A stretch of DNA of 64,000 nucleotides from Lama guanicoe (GCA_013239625.1 MU056816.1:2796773-2860772); one strand, 5' to 3'. Shown: positions 1 through 12,900, counted from the stretch's first letter. Notes: a model not told the origin generated them from the letters alone. Translations and numbers: made by a program.

Positions 1-57
1 CCCGGCCCTTTCCTGGTGGCGACTCTACAGCAGCAACTCCCTTCTCTGCGCTCACAG

Positions 58-3000
58 ATCCTGCGGGTGCCCTCCTGGCGGCCTTCAGGGGGTACCCCCG
101 GGACGCCCCCGCGCCACGCTGCGAGATGAGCCGATACGTCCCGTTCCCTGCCTCAGCAAACTGGGTCAGCGTCTTGACTCCGGAGCAGAGCTGCCCGCGG
201 GCCCTGGACGGGACTTGGCTCATGGTCAGCATATCCAGCCCGGTCCTCAGCCTCTCCAGTCTCCTTCGACGAGAGTCCGAGCCTCAGCCTGAGCCTGCTC
301 TCATAACCATTGCTACAGGTATCTAAGAGGGGAAGTGTAGATAAATGGGTAGATAATAGGGGTCCAGATCAGCCGGTGACTCGCTGTGCCGAATTGAGCT
401 AGTCATTTCCCCAGTCAACTCTCAGTTTCCTTATTTGTAAATCGAGGCGGTTCAGCTAAAATTAAACTATCTCTAACAGTTGTATACAAAAAAGAAAGAA
501 AGAAAAAAAAAAAACCTGTCCCTAACCGCTTCTCCTAGCCCCAGACCTGTTAAAAATGTTTATTGGGGGCGGGGCTTCGTGGTTTTCCGGGGGTGGAGCT
601 TTGGAGAGAGGCAGGGGTTCTGGACACTGGACCTTAAGAAACTTGCAAGGCAACGGTGTTGGGAGGGTCTCAGAAGGAGGAACTTCTTCTTTCCTGCTAT
701 ATCTTGCTAGTTGCGATTCTTACCCTGTTTAAAAACAGGGTTTTCGAGCCCCACACGTGCCCACATCCGGTCCTGCAAAGCTCACGCTTTTGAGCTCAAG
801 CGCGCTCACCTACCCTGCAGCCTCTTCCTTATAGCGAGTGAGGATTCGCTGACTCTCTCGTCACCAGATGCTGGCCTTGAGTGCGTGCGTAGAAAGGAAG
901 CGGTGGGAGACCTAACGGTTTCCACGTTCCCACTGCAAGGACCAATTAACTGCATCGTGCAATGCGGTTTGAGGCCCGGGAGTCAGGCACTTTGCTTGGC
1001 TAGGACGCAGGGAGAGAGGAAGGGAGGGAGTGGACGGATAAAGCAAGAATGAAGAAAATCTGGCGGGGATTTGGGATTTCTAGGAACTCTTCTCGGGAGG
1101 GTGGGTAGGATATGAATGGAGTCTTCAGTTTCCTTCAGCCTTGTGTGATTTTATGGAAAAAATACAGCCTGACCTCCTGGTCAACCCCAGCCCAGCCCTA
1201 CACCTTCCCTTCCCCCGGTACCTTCTCCCTGCCACTCTCCTCATTGAGAATCATCTACAGGAATCAGCAACCACCCTGTAGCCCTCACCTCTGCTAACAT
1301 TTCCATTCTTAGTCACCAGACCTCGCCCTGGGCAGGGGCAGAGGTAAACTGCTGCTTGTGGGGACAGTAGCTCTCTCTAGTAGGCAGGAATATTTCCTGG
1401 CTTCATGAGGTGGGGGTGAGAATGTCATTTTCTCTCTGAGTCTACTTTTCCAGCTGTAAAATGTGGACAGTATTTCCCATCTGCCTTTCCTTTGTTGTGA
1501 CTATCAAGGGAGGTACTTTGTTAATTTATTCGCTGACTGCATAACTTAAATTAGCACCAAGAATAAATAAGGGCCCAGTAGTTCTCAGTCCAGGCTGCAA
1601 ATAAGAATCCTTTTTGGAAGTTTCTAAAATATACTGAAGCCTAAGTCCTACTCCAGGTGAATTAAATCAAAATCTCTGGGGTGGCCCTGGGTAGTTTTAA
1701 GGGCCACAAAGGTGATCTGATGTAGATTCTACCCTCAAGAAAGTTCTCATCAGATCTGTCATGGATAATTGTAGAGTGGAAAGTAACTTGGGCCATAAAA
1801 GAAGTGCAGATAGGGAGCCATGGGAGTGCCCAGGTGGGAAAACTATTGTATCTCATCCACCACTGGGGGTGAAAATTCCTTGCTGTGCTCAGTCTTCCTC
1901 TTCAAGCATTTCTGCTTGATTAGGGATTTAAAAAAATGAAAGTTGTTGTTTTAATATAAAATTAAAAATGGACTCTTTCCAGGGTTGCAAATCATTGGTA
2001 ACTTTGCTAATATACATTTATACATTATTTCTTAACAAATTAGTTATCAAATACTCTAAAATGTTTATTGACAAATATACTTTATTAATATACTTTGTGT
2101 GTATGGCATTTAATTCTCATCATTCTGTTAAAACATTGTTGTGGAAAATTTCAATGACATGCTAAAATAGAGAATAGTAAATTGAACCCCCCATATGCCT
2201 GTTACCCACTTGCATAGTTATTACATTTTACCAAATTGTTTCACATATCTTCCCCCAACCTTCTAGTCTTTTTTGGAAGTGTTTTTAAGTATATCCTATC
2301 ATATTATTTTACTCATAAGTACTTAAGTAAGCATTTCTATTAAATAATGGCTTTGAGGGGGGAAGATACAGCTCAGTGGTAGAGTGCATCCTTAGCATGC
2401 ATCAGGTCCTGGGTTCAATCCCCAGTATGTCCATTAAAAGAAAATTACTCTAATAAAACCCTCACTTTAATAGCATTATCATACCTAACAAAACAGACAA
2501 TTCCTTAATATCATTTAATTCCTGACTCATATTAAAAATTTCCCAGTTGTCTCAATGATGTTCTTTTACAGTTGATTTGCTTGAATCAGGATCAAAAAGA
2601 AATCTGTGTTATAGTTGGTTGTTGAATCTGCTCGGCCTGCCAGAACAAAATATCATAGACCGGGTAGCTTAAACAATAGGAATTTATTTTCTCACAGTTC
2701 TGGAGGCTAGAAGTCAAAGATCAAGTCTGAGATCAAGGTGCTAGCACGGTTGGTGTCTGGTGAGAACCCTCCCCTGTGGTTACAGATGGCCATCTTCTGG
2801 CTGTGTCCTGATACAGAGGAGAGAGAGTGAACTCTTGGTATTTTTTCCTCTTCCTATAAGGGCACCAGCTCTATCAGATTAGGGCCCTACCTTTATGACC
2901 TCATTTAACTTTTATCATCTCACAGTCACTATCTCCAAAAACAGTCATACAGTGGGTCAAGGCTTCCACATACAAATTGAAAGGGTAGGAGGGGAGGGAG

Positions 3001-6000
3001 AACTACAGATATTTAATCCTTAAAATTTTGTCTCTTAAGTCTCTTTTCTTTGTAATTGCCCCACCCTTTTAAATGCTATTGATTTGTCATTTGTTCTGTA
3101 GAAGTTCCCACTTTCAGTATTTGGTGAATTGTTTCCTCATCATGTCATTTCCCTTGTTCCTTTTCTCTCCATAGTTCCTATAAATTGGCAGTTAGATCTA
3201 GATGCTTGATTAGATTTGGGTTTGAATTTTTCCACTAGTACTTTATAATAGTTGTTACCATTCACTTTTTAACAGAAAAGCAAAAACCTATATAGTACAA
3301 ACTACAAAAAAGGTAGAAATGTCCTTATTGTTCTGGCCCTGTTGTGTTTATATTTGTATTTTCACAGAGTCCGTTTGTGGGATGCAAATCTCAAATTGCT
3401 TTAATAACCCATATTAAAGGGCTAGCTTAAGGATTGAACTGTAAAGTCTTTGGATTTTGTTTATTAATCCTACAGATTGATTTTAACACTTCAAAAGTAT
3501 GTTTTTGGATTTGAATACGCTAAGTGAGTTTGCTTACTTTTTTCACTCTATTGAACAAAAACAATCCCATGAGGTTCAGAGAAGTTTAACCTTGTAGGCC
3601 TAAGAAGCTAGGATTTAAATTTACATAAAAATAATCACAAGAGAAAAAAGATTACTTCTGCCTTGAAGACGCAGACATCTCTGGCAGTGGAACAGATCTT
3701 GAGGGACATGGAATATTTACATGTTGGAGAAAATGGGGAGGGGCCTTGTAAACTGAAGGAACTTTATGAACAAAGCAAAGACCAATGATTAGAGTTTCTA
3801 CTGGTCATAAGACAGGGATTCTATGTGGCTGGTTCTTAGGATGCAAGAGAAGTCTGGAAAGGTGGGTTCTGACTGGATTATCAAGTACCCTGAAAGCTGA
3901 GGTTTATAAGTGATAGTGAACCATCAGAAGTTTTGTGTGTGTGTGTGTATGTGTGTGCATGCGCCATTTCCCCAGAAGCCTGCTATTTTACTAGATTTTT
4001 ACAAAAGGTAGGCAAGGATCAGATCATTGGACTAATGGGTAAAATATAGATAAAGTCATTTTCCCAAGTTGATGATGATGACAGTAATGAAAATAGTAAC
4101 AGCTAAGCATTTTCTGTATGCCAGGTCCTGTTCTAAGCACTTTATAGGCATAATCTTATTTATTCCTCTCAACAACCGTAAGAACTAGGTACTGATATTA
4201 TCCCCATGTCACAGATGAAGAAATATGAGACACAGAGCAGTTAGGTGACTTGCCCAGGGCCGTGCAACTTGTAAGAAGCAGGGCTCAGAATTGAACCCAA
4301 GCCATCTAGCTTTAGCCTGTGCCTTTAGTTGCTGGCCTCTTAGGTAGCTGATATTTTTAAATAGGCAAGTGACTGGATCAGACTTGTAGCCACATTATTT
4401 GGTTACAGGGTGGAGGAAGAAATGAAGGGGCGAGAGAGGCTGAGGATAGGGAGACCTGAGAGGAGGCTGTTGTCATTGTCCAGGTGTATATTGATGAGAA
4501 CTTGAGTTGGAAACAGACGTAAGATCTATTTGGGACACAGAAGTAGGGCCTGATGGGGATAGCACATGGCACATTTTATTTTGCAGTTTGATCATCTATC
4601 TGCCTTATTAGACTGTACACAATTTGAGGGCAGAGGCTGCCTGTCTTTTTCTTTTTCCCTCTTTTTTTTTGTGGGGAGATAATTAGGTTTGTGTGTCTGT
4701 TTGTTTGTTTATTTATTTAATGGAGCCACAAGGCTCCAGGTACTTACTGCATATACTGCCTCAGTAGATCACAGCAGTCTGTGTTCAGGTTTAGGCAAAA
4801 ACCAGAACCCTCCAGAGTCGGTAAATACTCTTTATAGCACCACAGGGTTGACAGTCCTGAGTCTTCATCAGCAAACTAAAGGCCTGGCTCTCCAAGGGTG
4901 GAGCATGGAGACTGGACTGGTTCAGGTTGAGTCAGAAGCACACTCAGATCCCGCTGTCCTCAGAGCTTGAGCGGGCTGTGTGTTCAGAGCAGCCTTCAAT
5001 GGCCATCCCCATTCACTGCTCTTGTTCGCCTCTAGACCTCTCTGCTCACTCTCAGTCATACCGGGTGCCACCCAGTCTCAGGCAAAGGGGATTTGCAGGG
5101 AGGGCTGGGAGATGGTGGAAGAAGGTGGGGTGGTAAATTGGAGTTGAATCCCCCCATAACTCCATGTCTCTGCTTTTTCCTTCTTTCTCTCCCGCATGCC
5201 CCTCCACTCCCTCCTCTCCCCATGCTCCCTAGCTGTGCTGACTGTCCTCACTCACACCCCCATCCCTCGCATCCGACTGGGAGAAGATGCCCTGCTGGAC
5301 TTGAGCTTTGCTTACATGTCCCCCACCCCCAAGGCTGCTACATGTCTGGCCCCAGGTCCCCCTCCCTTTGGGCTGGAGTGGCGACGGCAACACCAGGGTA
5401 AGGGGCACCTGCTGCTGGCTGCAACTCCTGGGCTGAATGTGCAAATGCCAGTTGCCCAAGAGGGAGCGGTGGCATTTGCTGCTTGGGATGATGAGGAGCC
5501 CTTAGGTCCATGGACCGGAAATGGAACCTTCTGGCTGCCTGCAGTGCGGCCCTTCCAGGAGGGCACCTATCTGGCCATTGTACACCTGCCATACCTGCAA
5601 GGGCAGATCACCCTGGAGCTTGCTGTGCAGAGTGAGTGAGGGGATAGGGGACCCCATGGGTAGAGGGTGGTCATTGGGGTTATGGGGACACCATGACAAG
5701 GGGAGGGATGGTGGAGAAAAGGGTGCTGGGTGAGTAGAGCGAGACAGACTTGGGTCCCTGGGTGTCAGAGGGGCTTTGGGATGAACATTCCCAAATCTGA
5801 GGGAATAGGGGTCCCTGAGAATAGGGGCCTTGGCACAGGGATTCCTGTGAAACACCAATGGGCAGTTGGTGGGCTCCCCATCCTGGAAGAAAAAACCCAA
5901 ACCCCTCTCAGTTTTGGGGGAGCCAGAGGGCCCACTGAGGGTCTCCGAGGCAGGGCAATGTAGACTGATTCCCCCATGTTCCTTTCTCACTCTCTCCTCA

Positions 6001-7513
6001 GAGCCCCCCACGGTGTCCCTGACACCAGCACCTCTTGTATGGGCCGCCCCTGGGGAGGCACCCCCAGAGTTGCTTTGCCTGGTGTCCCACTTCTACCCCT
6101 CTGACAGCCTGAAGGTGGAGTGGGAGCTCCGGGGAGGTCCAGAGGGCAGCTTTCAGAAGGCCGAGGGGCAGAGGTGGCTGTCCGCCCTGCGCTACCACTC
6201 AGATGGCTCTGTCAGTCTCTCTGCACACCTGCAGCCACCCCCAGTCACCACCAGGCAGCATGGGGCACGCTATGCCTGTCGTGTCCACCACCCTAGCCTG
6301 CCAGCCTTGGGGCGCAGCGCCGAGGTCACCCTGCAGGTGGCAGGTAAGAGCTGGGAGGATGGAGAAGCTGGGGTCTGGTGCCTGGGAATGTAAGACTCAC
6401 TCTTACAGCTTCTCCTTGCCAGGTCTCTCTGGGCCCTCTCTGGAGGATGGCGTAGGCCTCTTCCTGTCTGCCTTTCTCATCCTCGGGCTTGTCAAGGCGC
6501 TGGGCTGGGCTGGTGAGTGTGAACCCCACCTAGACTGGGACCCTTGACTGGCAGACATTCTCTGCCTACTCCCAGAAGCTTCACCCCCATTCCTCTGCCC
6601 TAATACTCCCCCATCCCATCCTTTCTCCATCTCTCTCCACAGCTGCCTACCAGGCCACCTCCAAGGATTCAACAGAGAAGGTAACAACACTCCACCTTCC
6701 TTTATCTTTCCCTTCTCATTTAACCCTTCCTGCCAACTCCTCCCCCACGAGGGAGGCTGCTGGCCTGGTGGGTAGAAACCAGACTTGGAATTCACACAAA
6801 CCTCTGTTAAATCTGGCCACCTTGAACATGCTACACCTCAGCTTTCTTGGATGTAGGGATAAAAAATTGGGGATGGGGGTGTGGGTATAGATCAGTGGTA
6901 GAGCTTGTGCTTGGCATGCACAAGGTCCTGGGTTCAATCCCCAGTACCTTCAAAAAAAAATTAAGTAAAAAAATTAAACAGTAAGTTACTTAGGCAGCAT
7001 TGTCCTACAGAAATATCATGCAAGCCACAGAAGTAAATTTAAGTACATACTCTAGTGGCTGCATTAAAAAGGTAAAAAGATACCTAATATATCCTTACTA
7101 TTATCACTTCGACATGTACTCAGTATAAGAAATTACAGTGTTTTTTCTATCCTAAGTCTTCAAAAGCAGGGATTTATTTTAAACTGTCAGCACACCTCAA
7201 TTTGGAGTAGCCACATTTCAAATGCTCAACAGACACAAGTGGGTGGTGGATTCCCTACTGGACAGCACAGGCTCGGAGGGCTGTTGGTATGATTAGAGAT
7301 AGTGCATCTCCTTTGAAAGATGCAGGAGCAAAACCCCTTGGCACAGCATCCACCAGGCAGAAAACATACAGAAAGTGTTAGCCTCTTTCTTCTGCCACTG
7401 TCTGTGCCTGTGATGTTAATCTGTCTCTGGATTGACCATAAACACTTCACCCTGCTTTCTAAAATCCTGAATTCCTCACCTCCTTTTCACTTCTCTTCCA
7501 GAAAACACAGTGA
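58..7513 (+). CDS. TAPBP: Tapasin (TAP-binding protein), 3' part; 5' exons lie upstream of the window
   Basis: GT-AG exons with matching phases: 58-318 (DPAGALL..CEMSRYVP..QSCPRALDG), 5233-5631 (VLTVLTHTP..WTGNGTFWLP), 6002-6343 (Ig-C1 domain, PELLCLVSHFYP..YACRVHHPSL), 6423-6512 (TM, GLFLSAFLILGLVKALGW), 6643-6680, 7502-7513 (KTQ*). The tail ..STEKKTQ* carries a KKxx motif. Confidence 0.97.
1577..1715. mobile_element. MER5-like hAT-Charlie fragment
   Basis: CAGTAGTTCTCA start and internal AATCAAAATCTCTGGGG; family name from memory. Confidence 0.5.
2357..2445 (+). mobile_element. tRNA-derived SINE (camelid Vic-1-like), short form
   Basis: A box AGCTCAGTGGTAGAG, B box GGGTTCAATCCC, A-rich tail. 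Confidence 0.8.
2625..2985. mobile_element. MaLR (MLT1-like) solo LTR
   Basis: TTATTTTCTCACAGTTCTGGAGGCTAGAAGTC..GATCAAGGTG motif typical of MLT1. Confidence 0.7.
4095..4330. mobile_element. MIR SINE
   Basis: Core motif TATCCCCATGTCACAGATGAAGAAA..GTGACTTGCCCAGGG. Confidence 0.7.
4660..4725 (-). mobile_element. 5'-truncated SINE (tail only)
   Basis: T-run + GGGGAGATAATTAGGTTTG..TTTAATGGAG, matching the tail of the long-form copies. Confidence 0.6.
6875..6960 (+). mobile_element. tRNA-derived SINE, short form
   Basis: A and B boxes plus poly(A). Confidence 0.8.
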
Positions 7514-7682
7514 GGCCACTCGCCACCATCCTGGGGAAGCCACGATCATCTCTGGTCTGAGCTATTGTAGTAACTCTCCCAAATTGTACACCCTGATCCC
7601 TTCAGTCTCTTTCCACTGAGCAGCCAGAATGTTTTCTTAAAAGACACAAATCCACGGTATTCACCTTCTTAGAGCTCTAGAG

Positions 7683-8003
7683 CAGCGGTTCTCAAAATTT
7701 TTGGTCTTAGGACCTTTTAAAAATTATCAAGGACTCTATAGAGCTTTTCTTGTGTGGGTTATAAACTATAGACATTTATTGTATTAGAACTTAAAATTGA
7801 GAACAATTTAATACACAGGAGTACACAAGCACACTTCCATTAGCTGTGAGGACAATGTCACTACACACCATGTAGCTTCAGGAAAACTCTACATTTTTTA
7901 GAGAATGAGAGCGAAGAGGCAAATAATAGTTTAGTATTGTTATGAAAATAGTTTAAATACCCCCCTGAAATAGTCTCAGGGACCTCTGGAATAGGACCCG
8001 GTG
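7683..8003. mobile_element. hAT-Charlie DNA transposon remnant in the TAPBP 3'UTR
   Basis: CAGCGGTTCTCAAA terminus; perfect 8-bp TSD CTCTAGAG (7675-7682 and 8004-8011). Confidence 0.72.
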
Positions 8004-8567
8004 CTCTAGAGGCCAGATCCATTCTTCTTGTCCTGGCCTATGCATCCCTCTTCAAGCCCACCTGGTGCTCTCCAGCCCTCCTCTCAATGCTTGTCCCACC
8101 GGCGGCTGATCCTTTCCTCCAATGGCCTCCTATCCTCCCTGGGTCCCAGAGCTCTGTTCCCTCGGCCTGGTCCACCCTCGCCCTCCCCGGGCTCCAGACC
8201 AGGTCAACCTCGTTATTCCCTCAGACCGCCGCGTGTCCCTCTTGTGCGGTTCGCCACGGTTGTATTTAAGTAATCGTTCGAGTCGTTGTTAAATGCCTGT
8301 CTCCCCGCCCGGACTGTCGGACCTCTCCAAGGCCAGGATGAGCCTGTCTGTCCACTGCTGTGTCCTCCGCGCAGGCAAAGGGCCTGGCGCCCACTGGAGG
8401 ACGCTCAATATAAGAAATTGGAGTCTTTTGGCGTCCTAAGTATTCAAAATCAGGTGTTGGAGCAAGTAACTATTGGAGGAAGGAAGCGGTCGCCTCGGCT
8501 TAGGGACCTCAGGGGGGGTTGAATGGTCGGCAAAACAGACGCGGGGAGCGGGTCTAATCTTGTGGGA

Positions 8568-8573
8568 AATAAA
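8568..8573 (+). terminator. Candidate TAPBP polyadenylation signal
   Basis: AATAAA about 1050 nt after the stop, followed by GT/T-rich sequence. Confidence 0.55.
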
Positions 8574-8689
8574 GTTGCTCGAGTGCTTCCAACGGGGATG
8601 TTTCCATTCTACTCCAGGGATCCCCTTTCCAAGCACAATGACTTCCAATCACCAGTGATTCCTTCGTGACCCGGACCTCTCAAACGCCT

Positions 8690-9900
8690 TTGCGATACCC
8701 AATCCCCTTTCGAAACACTTTGGGGTCAGGCGCCGCTAAAGGCAGGCAGGATGCCCTCAAGCCTCGGGCCCTCCGGGGGTGACCGTAAGGGAGCAGAGAT
8801 CCCAGCCTCGGAAACCCCGGAGCGTCGTGTGGAACCGGAAGTGGCAGCTTCCTGCCCCGCCCCCTTTCAAGCGGGCGGAAGCCGAGGGCTTCTCGGAAAA
8901 GCCGGAGTGGATTTCGGCCTGCTATACGCGTGAGTGCGGGTGGGAGAGTAACCCCGCGGGCTGGAGTAACTAGGTCCGTCCCAGCCTAAAACACTTGCCG
9001 CGGGAGTTTTAGCCTCGTCGTTGTGTCGGGAGAGGAGGATGTCAAATACTGCTCTTGCCCTTCCCCGGGGGCTGGAGACTGGAATCTTTATCCCAATTCA
9101 GTGCGGGGCGAATTGAATTCCAGGATCCCCGAGTCAGTGGGACCCAAGGACAGCGTTGCTCGGGACCCGGGCCTCTGGGTCCTGACCTCTGGTGTCCAAC
9201 GCTCCCCTAGTCCGCAGCCCTGTCTCCTGTCCTCACTTCCTTCCCTTTTTGGCTCCTGCTCTCGGAGCGGGCGGACGTTGGGGGGAGCGGAAAGGGCGGG
9301 AGGGCCCGGGAGTCTGGCGAGGGGGGGTACAAGGGGGTGCGGAAAAGCCGGGGAGGGACTCAGTCCAGGAACTTGATCGGGGGCTGGAGACAGACGGGAA
9401 CAGCGGCCCGGGACCCGCGCTGCCCCCACCCATCCAGAGCAGGTCAGAGCCAGCGCACCCAGTGACCCTGCCCGTTCCCGTACTCGTGACCCCCATCCTC
9501 AAAATGCACCAGCCCCCCCCCAATTCCACCCCCGTGTTGCCCCCCGCCCAGCCTCCCTGCAGGACTCCCATCTAGTAAAACATAGAACCCACCCGCGTAC
9601 CTCCCCTCCCGGCTTCCCCAGGCCCACCTGACTCTCCACCTGCCTCCCCCTCCTGTCTCTCCCCAGGCGCCCCCATGGCCCGACCCCGCTGATTCCTTCA
9701 CTCGGCCATGCTCCGGCGGCCCCTGCGGCTGCTTTGGGACACGAGCCCCTCCGGGGGAGTCGTGCTGAGCAGCTTCCGGAGCCGAGACCCCGAAGAGGGT
9801 GGGGGCCCAGGTGGCCGGGGCGTGGGCGGGGGGCAGGAGGAGGAGGAGGAGGAGGAGGAAGAAGAAGACGAGGTGAGATGCGGGTGGTGGGAGGTTGGGC
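8690..9900 (+). promoter_or_regulatory. RGL2 CpG-island promoter with a non-coding first exon
   Basis: CpG-dense; ETS site CCGGAAGT at 8835-8842; GC box; donor GTGAGT at 8930; acceptor before 9667. Confidence 0.75.
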
Positions 9901-12900
9901 GTGTATATTTCAGAGACTGTCCACCTTTCTCTTCGTGTCTCTGTGTCCCTTCATCTCTTCCTCCCTGCCTCAGCTACTTCCGTGCCCCTTGCTGGTGTCT
10001 GCCTGTCTCCCCGCTGCGGGGAGTCCCGGCGTTTCTGTGGTTCTCTGTGGCAGTGTGACTCAGGACCTGCCCGCAGGAACCTGCCCGGTTTCTGCCAGGA
10101 GCGTTGGCTGGCTCTCCTGCGGGTCTCTGGCCCGCTCCACCTATGCCCGCGTGTGCTTGTCTCTGGGCATTTTGTCTAGGTCCCTGCCTCCCTCCTTATT
10201 TTTGTTTGCCTGGGAGGGGTTTGTTTCCACAGTAACCCGCTCCTCTGAATCCAGGATTGGGGAAGGAACCCTTCGATTTCGTGACCCCTCCCCCCACCAG
10301 CCTCGCGCTGGGTGGAGGCGGGAAGCCAAGGTTCTCGGACCTTGAAGGGACGGACCATCCCAGGCCGATTGGCGGGTGGTCACCTGCTTTTCTATGGGAC
10401 TAATGGCGGTGGCTGGGATTGGGGCCTCGGGAAGGGCCAGAAGTTGGATTTGGGGTCCCGAGGCTTTGGACTCTTGGGTCCAGAGTCTGGGTGAGGGCTG
10501 GGTGACTAGCAGGTCTGGTTTTTCGGGATCGGTTGGGGGAGGGGCTGGGTCACATGACTCTCTGAGTCTACGCCCCCCCATCAACCCACTTCCCCTTCTC
10601 CTTCCTGTATTAGGATTTGAGCCGCCACCTTGAGGGGGGTCTCCAGGGCTGAGGGACCCGGGGAAAGGGGGCTAAGGGGAAGGACTAACTCTTTGGGCTT
10701 GGCCAGTTCCTGCGGGGGAGGGCGGAGCATGCGGCTGTGCCTGTGACAGGTTTCAGCTTCTCTAGGTCTCTGCCTCAGGCTTTCTACCTTTCTCTCTTTT
10801 CCCTCTCTACACTTTGCGCCTTGATCCTCTTCTGTTCTGGGGTTCAGCTCTGGGGGGAAGGGGCTACAGCAGTCTCCAGAATCAGGGTTTCTGCATTCCA
10901 TCCAACCCCCCACTACTACTTCCTAGACTCCACCGGGCCCTAAGACGGCTGGGGGGGGGCTGTCTGGGCCCCAGTGGGGGAGACCTGGGGTCACCAGCCC
11001 CCCCCACCCCTCGTACTCGCTGGTACTGCCTCCCTCCGCAACAGGTGAGGGGTACCGAGGGAGGAGTTGGGCCTGGGAGTAAGGGTTGGGCAGTTGGGGT
11101 GTGGAACTTTCTGACCTACTCTGCCTTGCTCCTCCAGGTCCCTGTGTCTGTCTGGGATGAGGAGGAGGATGGTGCCATCTTTACTGTCACAAGTCGCCAG
11201 TATCAGCCTCTTGATCCCTTGGTGAGATCATAACTTTGACTTCTCGCCTCCCAGTTCCCCTCCCTCTGACCAACTTTCTGGCTGGAGTGCTAGGTTAGAG
11301 GTCTGGAGACTGGACTCTGCTGTGTGACTTAGGTCAAGTCTTCTGCTCTCTGAGTTTTAATACAATGAGCCTAGATCTTCTCTTAGGTCTGGGATTTTTT
11401 CCCCCAGAGACCTATAGGCAGAGTTGAAAAGGGGCCCTCTGTCTTCCCCAGGCCCCGAGGCCTCCCCCGCGTTCCTCCCGGAGGCTGCGAGCTGGCACAC
11501 TGGAGGCCCTTGTCAGACACCTGCTGGATGCCCGGACATCAGGGGCTGACGTGACCTTCACAGCAGCCTTCCTGGCCACCCACCGGGCCTTCACCTCTAC
11601 ACCTGCCCTACTAGGGCTTGTGGCTGACAGGTCAGGGTCATAAGAGACCAAGGGTCATGGAGGTGTCTGGACTTTCTAAAGCCAGAATAGTCACCAAAAT
11701 AGTCAAAGCCACTGGGAGTTTGGAAAAAACGGACAGATAGAACCTCTTCCCCTCCTCAGGCTGGAAGCCCTTGAATCTCATCCTACTGATGAACTAGAGA
11801 GGACAAAAGGGTGAGTGACCCCTGGTCCTTAACCTCTCGGTTCCCTATGCCCAAGCTGCAGCCTGTCATCTGACCCCTGGCTGATTCGCCTTCTCCCAGG
11901 GTAGCCATCTCTGTACTGTCAACCTGGCTGGCCTCTCACCCTGAGGATTTTGGCTCTGAGGTCAAGGGTCAGCTTGACCGGCTTGAGAGTTTCTTGCTTC
12001 GGACAGGGTATGCAGCTGGGGAGGGTGTTGGGGGGGACAGCGCTGACCTCATCCGCAACCTCCGGTCCCGGGTGGACTCNNNNNNNNNNNNNNNNNNNNN
12101 NNNNNNNNNNNNNNNNNNNNNNNNNNNNNNNNNNNNNNNNNNNNNNNNNNNNNNNNNNNNNNNNNNNNNNNNNNNNNNNNNNNNNNNNNNNNNNNNNNNN
12201 NNNNNNNNNNNNNNNNNNNCTATACCCCCTTCCCCCCTACTAACCTGTCCCTGACTCCAGATCCTTACCTTGCTTCCAGTCCTTCCTGATCCAGCTCCCA
12301 GTCTCCTCTGTCCACCCAGTTTTGACCTTTCCCCATTTCCCCTTGGTTGTTGCCCTTCAAACCCTGTGTCCCTCTGGATCCTTGGCCACTTGAGATCCTC
12401 ACACCCCTGATATTGGAAGGCTGACCTCACTTGATTATGAAATTTAACCTCTGACCTCTGCCCTGCAGGAGCTGTTTCTCAATCTGGTCCCCTCCCAGTG
12501 TCTGGGGGGCCTGTGGGGTCACAGAGACCGGCCAGGACATTCCCACCTCTGCCCATCTGTCCGGGCTACTGTCACTCAGTTCAACAAGGTGGCAGGGGCA
12601 GTGGTCAGCTCGGTTCTGGGGGCTACCTCAACTGGAGAACGGCCTGGGGAGGTGACCGTCCGGCCACTTCGTCCCCCTCAGAGGGCCCGGCTCCTGGAGA
12701 AGTGGATCCGCGTGGCACAAGTAAGAGATAGGATCGGCCCTGTTGGGGACTGTGGTGTGGAAAGAGGTCCCACAGCAGCAGCCTCCCTCTGTGACCCCCA
12801 CAGGAGTGCCGCCTGCTCCGAAACTTCTCTTCAGTTTATGCTGTTGTGTCGGCCCTGCAATCCAGCCCCATTCACAGGCTTCGGGCAGCCTGGGGGGAAA

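Noticed and set aside
2357-2430. tRNA gene (this copy and the other similar copies)
   Set aside because: Divergent dispersed copies with A tails and TSDs indicate SINEs, not tRNA genes.
9734-10345. 203-aa ORF, and other 100-200 aa ORFs overlapping known genes (e.g. 19529-20122, 26395-26940, 31630-32166, 32143-32670)
   Set aside because: Off-frame or antisense ORFs in GC-rich sequence that cross splice sites, mostly have non-ATG starts, and show no recognisable domains.
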